Of a DNA stretch of 64,000 nt, positions 43,489-52,789 are shown in pieces. Positions within the stretch are counted from its first letter, which is position 1; each line of letters starts with the position of its first letter. Location of the stretch: the UHGV virus genome UHGV-0277313. One strand, given 5' to 3'. Source of the DNA: a virus. A model generated the notes under the pieces. It was not told the DNA's origin and ran no database searches. It worked only from the letters and a program-made list of their open reading frames with translations. Both the position numbers and the translations under genes were made by a program.

Positions 43489-45876
43489 ATGTCTGATCTA
43501 GTTTTTCAAGATTTAATTTCTAAAGATCCTAGCGTTCTTGTATTGTTCGATAAATTTGATTTTGATGATGTGAAAAAATCCAAAGCATTTACATCATCAG
43601 CAGCACGTGGGATTTTAAAGGATATTTATAGTCGCGGTTTTACGAATAATTCCGTCTGTGCGATGTATGTTAAAAATACAGCAGTGTTTGATTTCGATGG
43701 TAATTTAGAAGTATATCGTTTACCAAATGAAAAAGCAAAATCAAAAGGTCAGATTATTGTTAATGAGAAGGATAAAGCCGATTTTAAAAATAGACTTATT
43801 GCGCTATTAATGAGAAACGACTTCAAGTCTTTAATTATTTTAGGGAGAGAAGTTGCGAATGTACTGCAAGAGTTTGGATTTTATGGAGCTGGAAGTTGTT
43901 TAGATACAGCTAAAGAGATTAATTTTGTAGGCAATAAAGTTTTAACAATTGAAACTGTCAGTCCTTTAGAATATTCTTTAGGTTTGACTGAAAGAAATAA
44001 GTTCATTTCAGCAATAGATCAGATTTATTCGACACAGTATGAAGTCACATCTATTGATAATGCAAGTTACGTTGATATTGATACGTTTGCAGGGTATCTT
44101 CGTAAACTTGAAATATTATACGATAATAAAAAGATTGACTGTATGGGTTTTGACTATGAGACGAATTGTTCAGAGTGGTCAGTTCCGTGGGCGAAATTAG
44201 TTGCAGTTTCTTGTTCTGATCGTATTACAAATCACGCTTTTTCGTGTGCGTTGTATCATCCTGAAAAGATTATGCACCCTCGCAAAAAGACTTTGTTAAA
44301 GTGGTTGTTTGCACACATCTTTACAGAAACATTGACAACAAATGAAGAGTATATCAAGCTTGCAAAGAAGTTAGAGCATTTTTATAAAGATGTTTATCCT
44401 AGAATTGAGGAGTTACCGTATAAAGAAGTTCTGAATGACGATGAGTATTTTGTTCTAGAATCTTTGCCTGATTTGGTAAAAGTGTTTAAGAAAGCTGCAA
44501 AAAAGGCTTTTGAAGAAAAGACAAAAGCACATGAAGAATATAAAAAACTTATTTTTGAAGCGGTTAAACGTCTGACGTTTTTAATAAACGATACAGAGTA
44601 TCCGAAAAAGTTGCATGATTTTTATTATTTGCTAGATAAGGTTTTATCAAAAATTCCTGTTGTAGGACACAATATTAAGTTCGATATTGGTTGGTGTGCA
44701 AACATGTGTATTGGTTTGCGTAATTTACGTGTTAAAGCCGATACATTTGGTCAAGCTGTTGCTGTAATGGGGCAAAATTTAGGGACAAAATTAAATCTAG
44801 AATCGTTATCAGTTGACCTTTTAGGTGTTGAGAATAAATGGAAATCAGCATTTCATGCATCACCTCGTTTAGGTAAAGGATCAAAGTTACGTTTTGATCG
44901 TGTTCCTTTAAAGTTGTTAGGACCTTATTCTGCAGCGGATGCTATTACAACAGATTTATTGGATGAATACTTCCAAAAGAAAATGGAAGGTCAACCTATG
45001 AATCTTGTTGAAAAGGAACAAAACATTGCTATTGTCATGTTTTCTTTAGGTGAAGTTCATGGTTTTTCTATACATCCTGAAACAGAAACAAAATTGTATA
45101 AATGGGTTAACAATGGGTTAAGAGATTTACGTAATCAATTAGTTCAGCTTCCGACAGTAAAACGTTTTGTTGAAGATAGAAAGCAAGAGTTGCCTGAAAA
45201 GGAAGCAAGTTTATTTGAATTTAATACAAACACTTCTGGTGCGCAGTCACATAATGCAGCTGTTTTATTCAGGAAAGAATACTTTGGTCTAAAGTCATTA
45301 ACATCAACAGATTCAGGTTATCCTTCTGCTGATGCAGATACTTTAAAAGAGATAAAGAAACAATTGAGTGTTTCAATTAAACAATTTGAAACTGCTAAAT
45401 TAGGTGAAAAAGTTTATTGTGATAATAATGGTGAATTAATTACAAATAAAAATATTGATCGTTTTAAAGAAGCATGTACTTTTTGCGATAACTTGATTAA
45501 AACATCAGGGTTTAGTCAGTTAAACAATATGTATTATAAAGTTTCGTATGATGAGAAAAATGATCGACCTTTAGATAAATTTATTGCAGTATTTAAATTG
45601 GTAGGTGCAACAAAAACAGGACGATTGTCTTCACGTTTTCATTTAGCACCTAAAACAGGCGGCGTGCGATATGTTTATTGTTCAGCGTGGTCAAAAGATA
45701 ATATTCGTAAATATCAGTTTTCGCATGAACCAGGTGTTCGTTATGAACCTTTGTATGGCTTAATGGATGTAGTTTATGAAGACGGTACAACAGAAAAAGT
45801 GTCATACGGTGATTTATTAAATCGTGGTTATACAAAAGACGAAATAGAATCTATTTATAAAGCTAATCAAGTGTAG
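43489..45876 (+). CDS. family A DNA polymerase, N-terminal piece (3'-5' exonuclease, thumb and part of fingers)
   Basis: Exo I (MGFDYETN), Exo II (VGHNIKFDIGW), Exo III (YSAADAITTDLL), then the Pol I-type KTGRLSS motif near the C-terminus; the ORF stops before palm motif A (no DYSQIELR). Confidence 0.65.
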   Translation: MSDLVFQDLISKDPSVLVLFDKFDFDDVKKSKAFTSSAARGILKDIYSRGFTNNSVCAMYVKNTAVFDFDGNLEVYRLPNEKAKSKGQIIVNEKDKADFKNRLIALLMRNDFKSLIILGREVANVLQEFGFYGAGSCLDTAKEINFVGNKVLTIETVSPLEYSLGLTERNKFISAIDQIYSTQYEVTSIDNASYVDIDTFAGYLRKLEILYDNKKIDCMGFDYETNCSEWSVPWAKLVAVSCSDRITNHAFSCALYHPEKIMHPRKKTLLKWLFAHIFTETLTTNEEYIKLAKKLEHFYKDVYPRIEELPYKEVLNDDEYFVLESLPDLVKVFKKAAKKAFEEKTKAHEEYKKLIFEAVKRLTFLINDTEYPKKLHDFYYLLDKVLSKIPVVGHNIKFDIGWCANMCIGLRNLRVKADTFGQAVAVMGQNLGTKLNLESLSVDLLGVENKWKSAFHASPRLGKGSKLRFDRVPLKLLGPYSAADAITTDLLDEYFQKKMEGQPMNLVEKEQNIAIVMFSLGEVHGFSIHPETETKLYKWVNNGLRDLRNQLVQLPTVKRFVEDRKQELPEKEASLFEFNTNTSGAQSHNAAVLFRKEYFGLKSLTSTDSGYPSADADTLKEIKKQLSVSIKQFETAKLGEKVYCDNNGELITNKNIDRFKEACTFCDNLIKTSGFSQLNNMYYKVSYDEKNDRPLDKFIAVFKLVGATKTGRLSSRFHLAPKTGGVRYVYCSAWSKDNIRKYQFSHEPGVRYEPLYGLMDVVYEDGTTEKVSYGDLLNRGYTKDEIESIYKANQV

Positions 45877-45882
45877 GTCGTA

Positions 45883-46959
45883 ATGAAAATTTTAACTTTT
45901 GGTGATTTACATTTTCATCATTATCATCAATTTAGTCATCCTGTTGAGTTTGGGTATACAGTTCGTTTACAGGAACAAATCAATACTTGTAAGGAAATTG
46001 CAAAAGTTGTTGTAAAAGAAAATCCAGACGTGATTTGTTGTGGCGGTGATGTATTTCATACATGGTCAACAGTAGATACAATTGTTTTAGATGCGGTTGT
46101 AGAAGGTTTGCATGAAATAGATTTAGCTTGTCAATCAATAGGGAAGAAATTTCATATTATCGTCGGAAACCATGATCAGTTGTCTGATAATAATATGTCT
46201 TCGAATTCATTGCGTCCGTTTAAATATTATCCAAATATTGTTTTACATGAACAGATGGAAGAAGATTTGGAAAATAATATTGTGTATATTCCATATGTTA
46301 TGGAAAGTTCTAGAGTTTCTTCTTTCGTATCAAATATTGAGAACAAAGAGAATAAAGTTGCTATTGCACATCTGGATTTTTTAGGTGCAAAGTATAGTGA
46401 TACAATTGTTGATCAATCAGGAAATGATACGAATGTATTCAAAACATTTAAAAAAGTAATTGGTCATCATTATCATTTACCACAAAAGTTGGGAAAGAAT
46501 TTTGTATTTCCAGGTTCACCACAAGTGTTTTCTTTTAATGAACCACGTTCAGCATTAACTAGAGGTGTTTTATTATATGATACAGAAACAGATAAAGTAA
46601 AAAGAATATCTTTAAATGTTCCTGATTGGGTTAAGATCGATGATATGATGCCTATTGGTGAAATTATTAAAGAGCTTAAATCGAATAATTATGTGAAATT
46701 ATCTTTAGCAAGTGATTATTCATTAAGTGAAGAAGGTTTATCTTTAGAAGATATAAAAAGTAAATTTTTAGGTGTTGAAGTAGAGTTTGATGTTGAGAGA
46801 ATAAAAATATCATCTAGACGACGTGATTCAGAAGAAATCACTTTAGAATCAGAAGAAGATGTGTTAAAAGAGTTTATAAAGAGTCAAGATTGTAGTGAAG
46901 AGTTAAAGAAAAAATATCAACAAGTTGGTTTAAGTATTTTAGGAAAGGTGAGACGATAA
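45883..46959 (+). CDS. sbcD: SbcD/Mre11-family nuclease (T4 gp47-like)
   Basis: calcineurin-like phosphoesterase motifs FGDLHF, CGGDVFH, VGNHD, GHHYH. Confidence 0.75.
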   Translation: MKILTFGDLHFHHYHQFSHPVEFGYTVRLQEQINTCKEIAKVVVKENPDVICCGGDVFHTWSTVDTIVLDAVVEGLHEIDLACQSIGKKFHIIVGNHDQLSDNNMSSNSLRPFKYYPNIVLHEQMEEDLENNIVYIPYVMESSRVSSFVSNIENKENKVAIAHLDFLGAKYSDTIVDQSGNDTNVFKTFKKVIGHHYHLPQKLGKNFVFPGSPQVFSFNEPRSALTRGVLLYDTETDKVKRISLNVPDWVKIDDMMPIGEIIKELKSNNYVKLSLASDYSLSEEGLSLEDIKSKFLGVEVEFDVERIKISSRRRDSEEITLESEEDVLKEFIKSQDCSEELKKKYQQVGLSILGKVRR

Positions 46960-47279
46960 TGTTTGGTAGGATCAAAAGATATTTTATAAAAAGAATGTAC
47001 AAAAGTTGTTCCGAAGAGATAATTTTCATTAGGAATTTTTATAGAAAAGGTATCCTATTGGATCCGAGTAGTTTTTCAGATTTACCGTCAGAAAGACGTT
47101 TAAAGATTTATGAAGAAGAGATTTTAGTCCACATTCCTTATGATGCATATAAAATTTATAAGAGTATGTTTGGTGTAGGTTTTCATATTCATTTAATGTT
47201 TGATGCTTTTGGCTATAGCGATTTTAAAAATGAAGTAGTTGAAGATTTATTTATGGATAAATGTCGTGATGCAAAATGA
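46959..47279 (+). CDS. hypothetical protein
   Basis: 106-aa ORF. Confidence 0.4.
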   Translation: MFGRIKRYFIKRMYKSCSEEIIFIRNFYRKGILLDPSSFSDLPSERRLKIYEEEILVHIPYDAYKIYKSMFGVGFHIHLMFDAFGYSDFKNEVVEDLFMDKCRDAK

Positions 47280-48276
47280 AAATAAAAGGGCTTTAGTTGT
47301 TGACTTGTCATATCAAGTACATCGTTATTTATCTGTACCTCAAATGAGTGAATTGAGGAATAAAGATAAAGTAAAAGTTGGTGGTGTATTTGGTGTTTTA
47401 AAAGCTTTAAACAATGCGTTATCAAACGATTGTTTTAGTAAAGTTATTTGTTGCATGGATAGTTACCCTGCATATAGAAAACAATTGTTTCCTTCATATA
47501 AATCATCGAGAAGAAACAATCCTGATAGTCCAGAGTACGCTTCTTATATAGCAACAGATAAATGGGGTTGGTCACAAAAAAGTACGCAAGAATTTACATT
47601 TAGGACGTTAAAGTTTCTTTTACCTAAATTAAAAATCAAGACAATTATTCAGGAAAATGTCGAAGGGGATGATTTAGTTTATCATACTTGCAAACATTTA
47701 ACTGAACAAGGTTGGTCTTGTACAGCAATGTCTGATGATAAAGATTATTTGCAATTGGTTAATTTAATCCCTGGTATTAAAATTTTACGTGCTATGCATG
47801 GTGATGTTGTTACATCTTTAAACTTTTTCGATAAATGTAAAGTTTATCCAGAGTGGTTTATTTTTTATAAAGCGTTGTTAGGAGACCCTTCAGATGAAAT
47901 CCCAAATGTTGTTAAAGGGTTTGGAGAGGCCTCGATCATTAAGTTCGTGAACAAAGCGCATGAATTAGGGATAGATCCAAATGATTTAAACATGTATGAC
48001 AAATTGTTTAGTCTTGCGGAGAATTGGGAAGATTCAAGATCTAAAAGAAGCGTTCAGAAATTTACAAAAGATTGTTTGCATCTTTTAGAAAAAAATTTAA
48101 ATTTAATGGATTTTCGTAGATGCCCGTATGGGTCAAATAAACATGAAGAGTTGCAGTCATTATTAAATGAAAGCGTTGTCGCTGATGAAAGTGGTGCAAT
48201 TGAACTTTTAGAAAAGCTTGAAATGAAGACAATGATGGCTTTACCGTATTCACCAATAATTAAACGCTTGACTTAA
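47269..48276 (+). CDS. 5'-3' exonuclease / flap endonuclease (RNase H-like; T4 rnh / Pol I 5'-nuclease family)
   Basis: RALVVDLSYQVHR, GGVFGVL, CMDSYPAYRKQLFPSYKSSR, SDDKDYLQLV and the H3TH block YKALLGDPSDEIPNVVKGFGEASIIKF; ATG at 47269 (tracked start 47239 is TTG). Confidence 0.7.
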   Translation: MQNENKRALVVDLSYQVHRYLSVPQMSELRNKDKVKVGGVFGVLKALNNALSNDCFSKVICCMDSYPAYRKQLFPSYKSSRRNNPDSPEYASYIATDKWGWSQKSTQEFTFRTLKFLLPKLKIKTIIQENVEGDDLVYHTCKHLTEQGWSCTAMSDDKDYLQLVNLIPGIKILRAMHGDVVTSLNFFDKCKVYPEWFIFYKALLGDPSDEIPNVVKGFGEASIIKFVNKAHELGIDPNDLNMYDKLFSLAENWEDSRSKRSVQKFTKDCLHLLEKNLNLMDFRRCPYGSNKHEELQSLLNESVVADESGAIELLEKLEMKTMMALPYSPIIKRLT

Positions 48277-48315
48277 AGTTCTTTTTATTTTATAGTAATG
48301 TTGTTTTGGTGAATT

Positions 48316-48462
48316 ATGGCTGAAGAAATTAAAAATAAGCAAGTTGAAAATGAAGACAATGACGACAATGACGACAATGAAAACAAAGAAATTGATGAAA
48401 TTGTCAGTGAGATTGCAGAAAAAGTAGATGGTTTCTTTTACAACAAGGAACCTGAAAAATGA
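48316..48462 (+). CDS. small acidic protein (48 aa), not in the ORF track
   Basis: ATG at 48316 with RBS-like GGTGA; MAEEIKNKQVENEDNDDNDDNENKEIDEIVSEIAEKVDGFFYNKEPEK; stop overlaps the next start (ATGA); contains a 3x 9-nt tandem repeat. Confidence 0.35.
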   Translation: MAEEIKNKQVENEDNDDNDDNENKEIDEIVSEIAEKVDGFFYNKEPEK

Positions 48463-48812
48463 AACATGAAGAATCAAAAATACAAAGACAGGTTGTCAAT
48501 TATTTAAGATTAGAACTTCGTCAGTGTGGAGGATTGGTTTTTGCTGTTCCAAATGGTGGAAAGAGAAGTAAGATAGAGGCACGTATTCAAGTTGCAGAAG
48601 GTACGTTGCACGGGGTTTCTGATTTGATTTTGTTGTTGCCTAATTCAAGGACGGTATTCGTAGAAATGAAAACTGACAAGGGAAAACAGAGTGAATATCA
48701 GAAACAATTTGAAGATTCTGTAACAAACTTGGGTTTTGAATATGTCATTTGGCGTTCAATTGACGATTCAATAAATTGGGTAAAAGAAGCTAAACAAAAT
48801 GGGTGGTTTTAA
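48459..48812 (+). CDS. VRR-NUC domain nuclease (PD-(D/E)xK)
   Basis: ESKIQRQVVNYL...GVSDLILLLPNSRTVFVEMKTDKGKQSEYQKQF matches the VRR-NUC consensus (E..iQ..v..yL ... pDLi ... EvK ... Q..f). Confidence 0.6.
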   Translation: MKHEESKIQRQVVNYLRLELRQCGGLVFAVPNGGKRSKIEARIQVAEGTLHGVSDLILLLPNSRTVFVEMKTDKGKQSEYQKQFEDSVTNLGFEYVIWRSIDDSINWVKEAKQNGWF

Positions 48813-49027
48813 TGGTAACTAAAGGTGAAGTTTATCGTCATTTTAAAGGCGGAGTTTATGGTGTTGTAGAAATTGCAACGGATCATAATACAAAGGAGTT
48901 GTGTGTAGTTTATCGTAATTTAGAAACTAGTGAATGTTATGTTCGTCCGATGTGTGATTTCGAATCTAAAGCAATTGGTGGTGTTCAACGTTTTACATTG
49001 ATCGACAAGGTTGACATTAAAAACTAA
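48803..49027 (+). CDS. DUF1653-like small protein
   Basis: YRHFKGGVYGVVEIATDHNTKELCVVYRNLETSECYVRPMCDF is the DUF1653 signature (from memory). Confidence 0.45.
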   Translation: MVLMVTKGEVYRHFKGGVYGVVEIATDHNTKELCVVYRNLETSECYVRPMCDFESKAIGGVQRFTLIDKVDIKN

Positions 49028-49068
49028 AAATTTTTTTGTTCTTATTGTATAAAAAAAGGAAAAGCACG

Positions 49069-49407
49069 ATGACAGAGTATGTAAAAAGTTTAGTTGAAAA
49101 CCTTTATAAAGAGTCAGATTTTTATGAACAGGATTTAGAAATTTATCCATATGTAGAAAAATTGGCAACTTTTTTAGGTTTAGAAGATGCAGCTGATCTT
49201 TACGCATTCTATAATCGTGCTTTATTTTACGATTCTTTAGATGATGTAAAAAGACATGAATCATCAATGGACGATTGGGAATTCGAAATTTATAAACGAT
49301 TTTTTGAGAAGTTTGGAAAACTTGATGAAGATTTTACAGAAGAAGACTTCAAAAAGTTTAATTCAAATCAAAAAGAATATGATGAGTTTCACAGTACGTT
49401 AAATTAA
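49069..49407 (+). CDS. hypothetical protein
   Basis: ATG at 49069 with AAAGGA RBS (tracked start 49036 is less likely). Confidence 0.4.
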   Translation: MTEYVKSLVENLYKESDFYEQDLEIYPYVEKLATFLGLEDAADLYAFYNRALFYDSLDDVKRHESSMDDWEFEIYKRFFEKFGKLDEDFTEEDFKKFNSNQKEYDEFHSTLN

Positions 49408-49434
49408 TTCAACTTTAATCTAAAGATTATCTAA

Positions 49435-51330
49435 ATGTTGCAAATTGTTTCTGTAAAAGGCGAGAATTTTCGTTCCTTTAAAAAGTTTGACTTCCAAATA
49501 AAAGAAGGTTTGTGGGTAGTAAAAGGCGCAAATAAAGATGATAGTGCGTCTGATTCAAACGGAAGTGGTAAGTCAACATTATTTTGTGATAGCATTATTT
49601 GGTGTTTAACTGGCAATACTGTTAATGGTCTTGACAGTGAAGATGATGTTGTTAATTTGAAAGCAAAAAAAGATTGTTTTGTTGAAGTAACAATTAATAA
49701 TGATAATCATGTTGTTAAAGTTATTCGAACAAGAAAACATACACAGTTTAAAAATAATCTTTTATTAGAAGTAGATGGTCAGTCGCTTTCTGCGCATCGT
49801 ATTAAAGACACACAAGACCGTGTGAATCAAATCATTAAGATTAGTCCTGCATTGTTAAAGTCAACGATTATTATGGCAGGTGATATCTCTAATAGATTTT
49901 CTGAATTAACGCCAAAAGATCGTATTGCATTATTGGAATCAGTACGTGATTATAAAGTTTGGTCTGATTTCCGCGAAGAATCAAAGATTTCATTGAATCA
50001 ATATATTTCACAAATTGATGATTTGAAGGCATCTAATTCAAATAGCGAGGGCCAGCTTACAGCTATTTCAGGTTTCATTGAAGGATTGTCAAAAGATTAT
50101 CTAGAGGAAAAAGAAAAAACTTTTTCTGAAGATGAAATTCATGTTCTCGAAAATGAATTAAACGAATTAAATTCTTTAAATGATAATAAGGAAGAAATAA
50201 ATCGTTTATCAGTTGAGTTAAAAGAAAAGAACGAAGAAGTTGCAATTGTTACAAACGAACATAATAAAGCAGTTGGTGCGTTAAATAGTTTGTATGCAGA
50301 AAGCTCAAATTTGAAGTATGAAATACAATCGGCTCAAAATAGTATTAAACAGTATAGTACTTTATTGACAACTGATAATGTTTGTCCGACATGTGGCCAA
50401 AAGGTGATTATGTCGGAAGAAAAAAAGTTGGAATTATTGCGGTCATTATCAACAACAAAAAAATCTTTTTTGGAAGCTGTAGAAAAAGAAAAGTTGGTTG
50501 CTGAAAAGATATCTTCGACTTCTATAAGCGAACCTGACGGTTTAGCAAATTTAAGAAATGCGATCACAAATATTTCTTTAAAAATTCAGGAATTGTCTTT
50601 TAAAGATAATGCTGTGAAAGATAAAATTGTTTCGTTAACTCGTAACATCAAAGCATTAAAAGATAATATTGCATCACATAGTTTACGTTTAGAAAGTTTG
50701 ATTAATCAGATTTCTCAATATAAACAGCAAGCATTGTCTATTAAAACGATTATTGAGGAAAATAATAAATTATTAATTGAACTTGATCAAGAACGTAATG
50801 CATATCAATTTTTTTATGATAGTTTAGGGCCTAGAGGTAATTTACGACCATACCTGTTGCGTAAAGATGTTGCATATCTTAATAATGTATTGCAGTACTA
50901 CGCAGCTAGATTATATTCAGGATGTTCAATTAAATTAACTATTCCAACTATTGATTCAAACAAAATAGACATTATTTTTGAGAATACAAATGGTTTAGTT
51001 AAATCTGTTTCAATGTTATCAAAAGGTGAACGTAAGCGTTTAGATTTGTGTATTCAATTTGCTATTTATGATTTAGTACGCTCAACAGCAATGTTTGATA
51101 CTAATATCCTAATACTTGATGAGATATTTGAAAGTCTTGATGTAGCAGGAATTAATCACGTTGTGACAATGTTGGAAGAAAGATCAGAGGTTATTCCTAG
51201 CATTTATGTCATCACACATAATCCAAATGCATATGGGTTGATTCCAAGACAAATTCTTGTTAGTAAAAATAATGATATTTCAAAAGTAACTTTTAAAAGT
51301 GGTGAGTCTGATGGAAAAACAGAAGCTTAA
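49435..51330 (+). CDS. sbcC: SbcC/Rad50-family ATPase (T4 gp46-like)
   Basis: Walker A SNGSGKST, zinc-hook CPTCGQ mid-protein in a coiled-coil region, signature LSKGERKRL, Walker B ILILDEIFESLD. Confidence 0.75.
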   Translation: MLQIVSVKGENFRSFKKFDFQIKEGLWVVKGANKDDSASDSNGSGKSTLFCDSIIWCLTGNTVNGLDSEDDVVNLKAKKDCFVEVTINNDNHVVKVIRTRKHTQFKNNLLLEVDGQSLSAHRIKDTQDRVNQIIKISPALLKSTIIMAGDISNRFSELTPKDRIALLESVRDYKVWSDFREESKISLNQYISQIDDLKASNSNSEGQLTAISGFIEGLSKDYLEEKEKTFSEDEIHVLENELNELNSLNDNKEEINRLSVELKEKNEEVAIVTNEHNKAVGALNSLYAESSNLKYEIQSAQNSIKQYSTLLTTDNVCPTCGQKVIMSEEKKLELLRSLSTTKKSFLEAVEKEKLVAEKISSTSISEPDGLANLRNAITNISLKIQELSFKDNAVKDKIVSLTRNIKALKDNIASHSLRLESLINQISQYKQQALSIKTIIEENNKLLIELDQERNAYQFFYDSLGPRGNLRPYLLRKDVAYLNNVLQYYAARLYSGCSIKLTIPTIDSNKIDIIFENTNGLVKSVSMLSKGERKRLDLCIQFAIYDLVRSTAMFDTNILILDEIFESLDVAGINHVVTMLEERSEVIPSIYVITHNPNAYGLIPRQILVSKNNDISKVTFKSGESDGKTEA

Positions 51331-51565
51331 AGATGCTTTAATTCGTTTGTCAGTGTTAAAAGATGTTGACATTTCTGATAAATTTGATAAGATAGCAAAT
51401 GCAAAAATAATCTTGAATGTTGGGTTTAGATGTCCATGTTGTCCTAATGATCGAGAGATGGCTTGCATTAGTAGAAAGTGTTACAATGATATTCAGAAAA
51501 ATGGTGTATGTCATTGTGGATTGTTTAAAAAAAAAAGAAAGAAGAAAGTAAGGTTTAAAAGTTAA
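51311..51565 (+). CDS. small Cys-rich protein, ferredoxin:thioredoxin-reductase catalytic-subunit-like (tentative)
   Basis: RCPCCPNDREMACISRKCYNDIQKNGVCHCGLF resembles the CPC...C...CHC cluster/disulfide motif of FTR catalytic chains (ends GxCHCxLF); ATG at 51311 (tracked 51299 is GTG); overlaps the sbcC 3' end by 20 nt. Confidence 0.3.
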   Translation: MEKQKLKDALIRLSVLKDVDISDKFDKIANAKIILNVGFRCPCCPNDREMACISRKCYNDIQKNGVCHCGLFKKKRKKKVRFKS

Positions 51566-52069
51566 ATGAATAAAGACGATATGTTTGATAAACTGTTTGA
51601 AAATAAAGGTTTTTCTGTTTATCATGATGGTGAAAAATTAGCACGTTATGTTTGTGATGATGGTAGTATTGATTATGTTGATGAAGATACAGATGATACT
51701 ATGATCACAATTTCTAATGGCAAAATTTGTTGTACAGAATGTGATTGCAAAATCGGTTATAGTAATTGTGAAGTTGTTAATGATCATTCTATTAATCTAA
51801 TTTGTCCTGATTGTCTTTATGAATATAAAGTCGTATTTTCGAACGTTGACAAGATTCCAATGTCAAAAGATATCAAAGCTTTACTTGATGGAAGTATTTA
51901 TGAAGCGTTGTTAGGGAATCAGATTATTCATGTTAAATATTCTGACGGAAAGTTTTTGTGTATTGAGGAAAATGACAAACCTGTAAAACCCGAAATGTTA
52001 AATAAAGAAGTCTTTTTATCAAATGCACAGTTGGCTGATTTGAGAAAAGAAGAGAAAAGTTGTGAATAA
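51566..52069 (+). CDS. Cys-rich putative zinc-binding protein
   Basis: CTECDC...C..C and CPDC motifs; 167 aa. Confidence 0.4.
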   Translation: MNKDDMFDKLFENKGFSVYHDGEKLARYVCDDGSIDYVDEDTDDTMITISNGKICCTECDCKIGYSNCEVVNDHSINLICPDCLYEYKVVFSNVDKIPMSKDIKALLDGSIYEALLGNQIIHVKYSDGKFLCIEENDKPVKPEMLNKEVFLSNAQLADLRKEEKSCE

Positions 52070-52172
52070 TGGCTTCAAAATCTTTAGTGAATAAGGTGTT
52101 TGGTTTGACGGTTGAAATCATTTTTTAATGAATTCAAAGAATATTTAGTGATAGAATAAGAGTGGGAAAGTT

Positions 52173-52679
52173 ATGATTGTAATTGGTTACCAAGGAATTG
52201 GGAAATCAACATTGGTAAAAGACAGCAATTCTTATATCGATTTTGAAAGCTCCAATTTCAAAATTAATGGGAAACGCCCGGATGGGTGGGAACAGATGTA
52301 TTGCGAAGCGGCGTTGGATTTAAGTCGTCAGGGGCACGTTGTTTTTACGGCATCCCATAAATGCATACGGGATTATTTGAAAGATCGCCAAGGTAGCGAA
52401 GTTGTGCTGATTGTTGCACCGTCCGTAGACTTGAAAGACTTGTGGTTGGAAAAACTTAGAAATCGTTACAAAGAAACTGGTCTTGAAAAAGATAAGTTGG
52501 CTTTGCTCAACGCAGAAGATTGTTTTGGCGAAAACATAAAAGAAATGCAGAATTATGCAAGTGTTTTCCCGTTTTATGAAATCACTGATATGAGCTACAA
52601 ATTGCGTTTTCTGTTTGATAACTTTTTAAAAGACGAAGAAGTCCTTAAAACTTTTGGATTTAAACGTTTACATGTTTAA
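52173..52679 (+). CDS. P-loop NTPase/kinase-like protein
   Basis: N-terminal Walker A IVIGYQGIGKSTLV; 168 aa; noticeably higher GC than neighbours (likely recent acquisition). Confidence 0.5.
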   Translation: MIVIGYQGIGKSTLVKDSNSYIDFESSNFKINGKRPDGWEQMYCEAALDLSRQGHVVFTASHKCIRDYLKDRQGSEVVLIVAPSVDLKDLWLEKLRNRYKETGLEKDKLALLNAEDCFGENIKEMQNYASVFPFYEITDMSYKLRFLFDNFLKDEEVLKTFGFKRLHV

Positions 52680-52789
52680 TCATGATTAATACCGAAGAAA
52701 ATGCAAGTGTAATTATTAATACTTAAAACTCAAAAACAAAATTTCGATTGAGAAAATTTTTAAGTTTCTTTAACAGTTAGGTAAGTAAA

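Noticed and set aside
48355-48381. 3x tandem 9-nt repeat gacaatgac/gacaatgac/gacaatgaa; checked as a possible CRISPR or regulatory repeat.
   Set aside because: It lies inside a small acidic ORF and encodes DNDDNDDNE. No spacer-repeat architecture exists anywhere in the window, so no CRISPR array is called.
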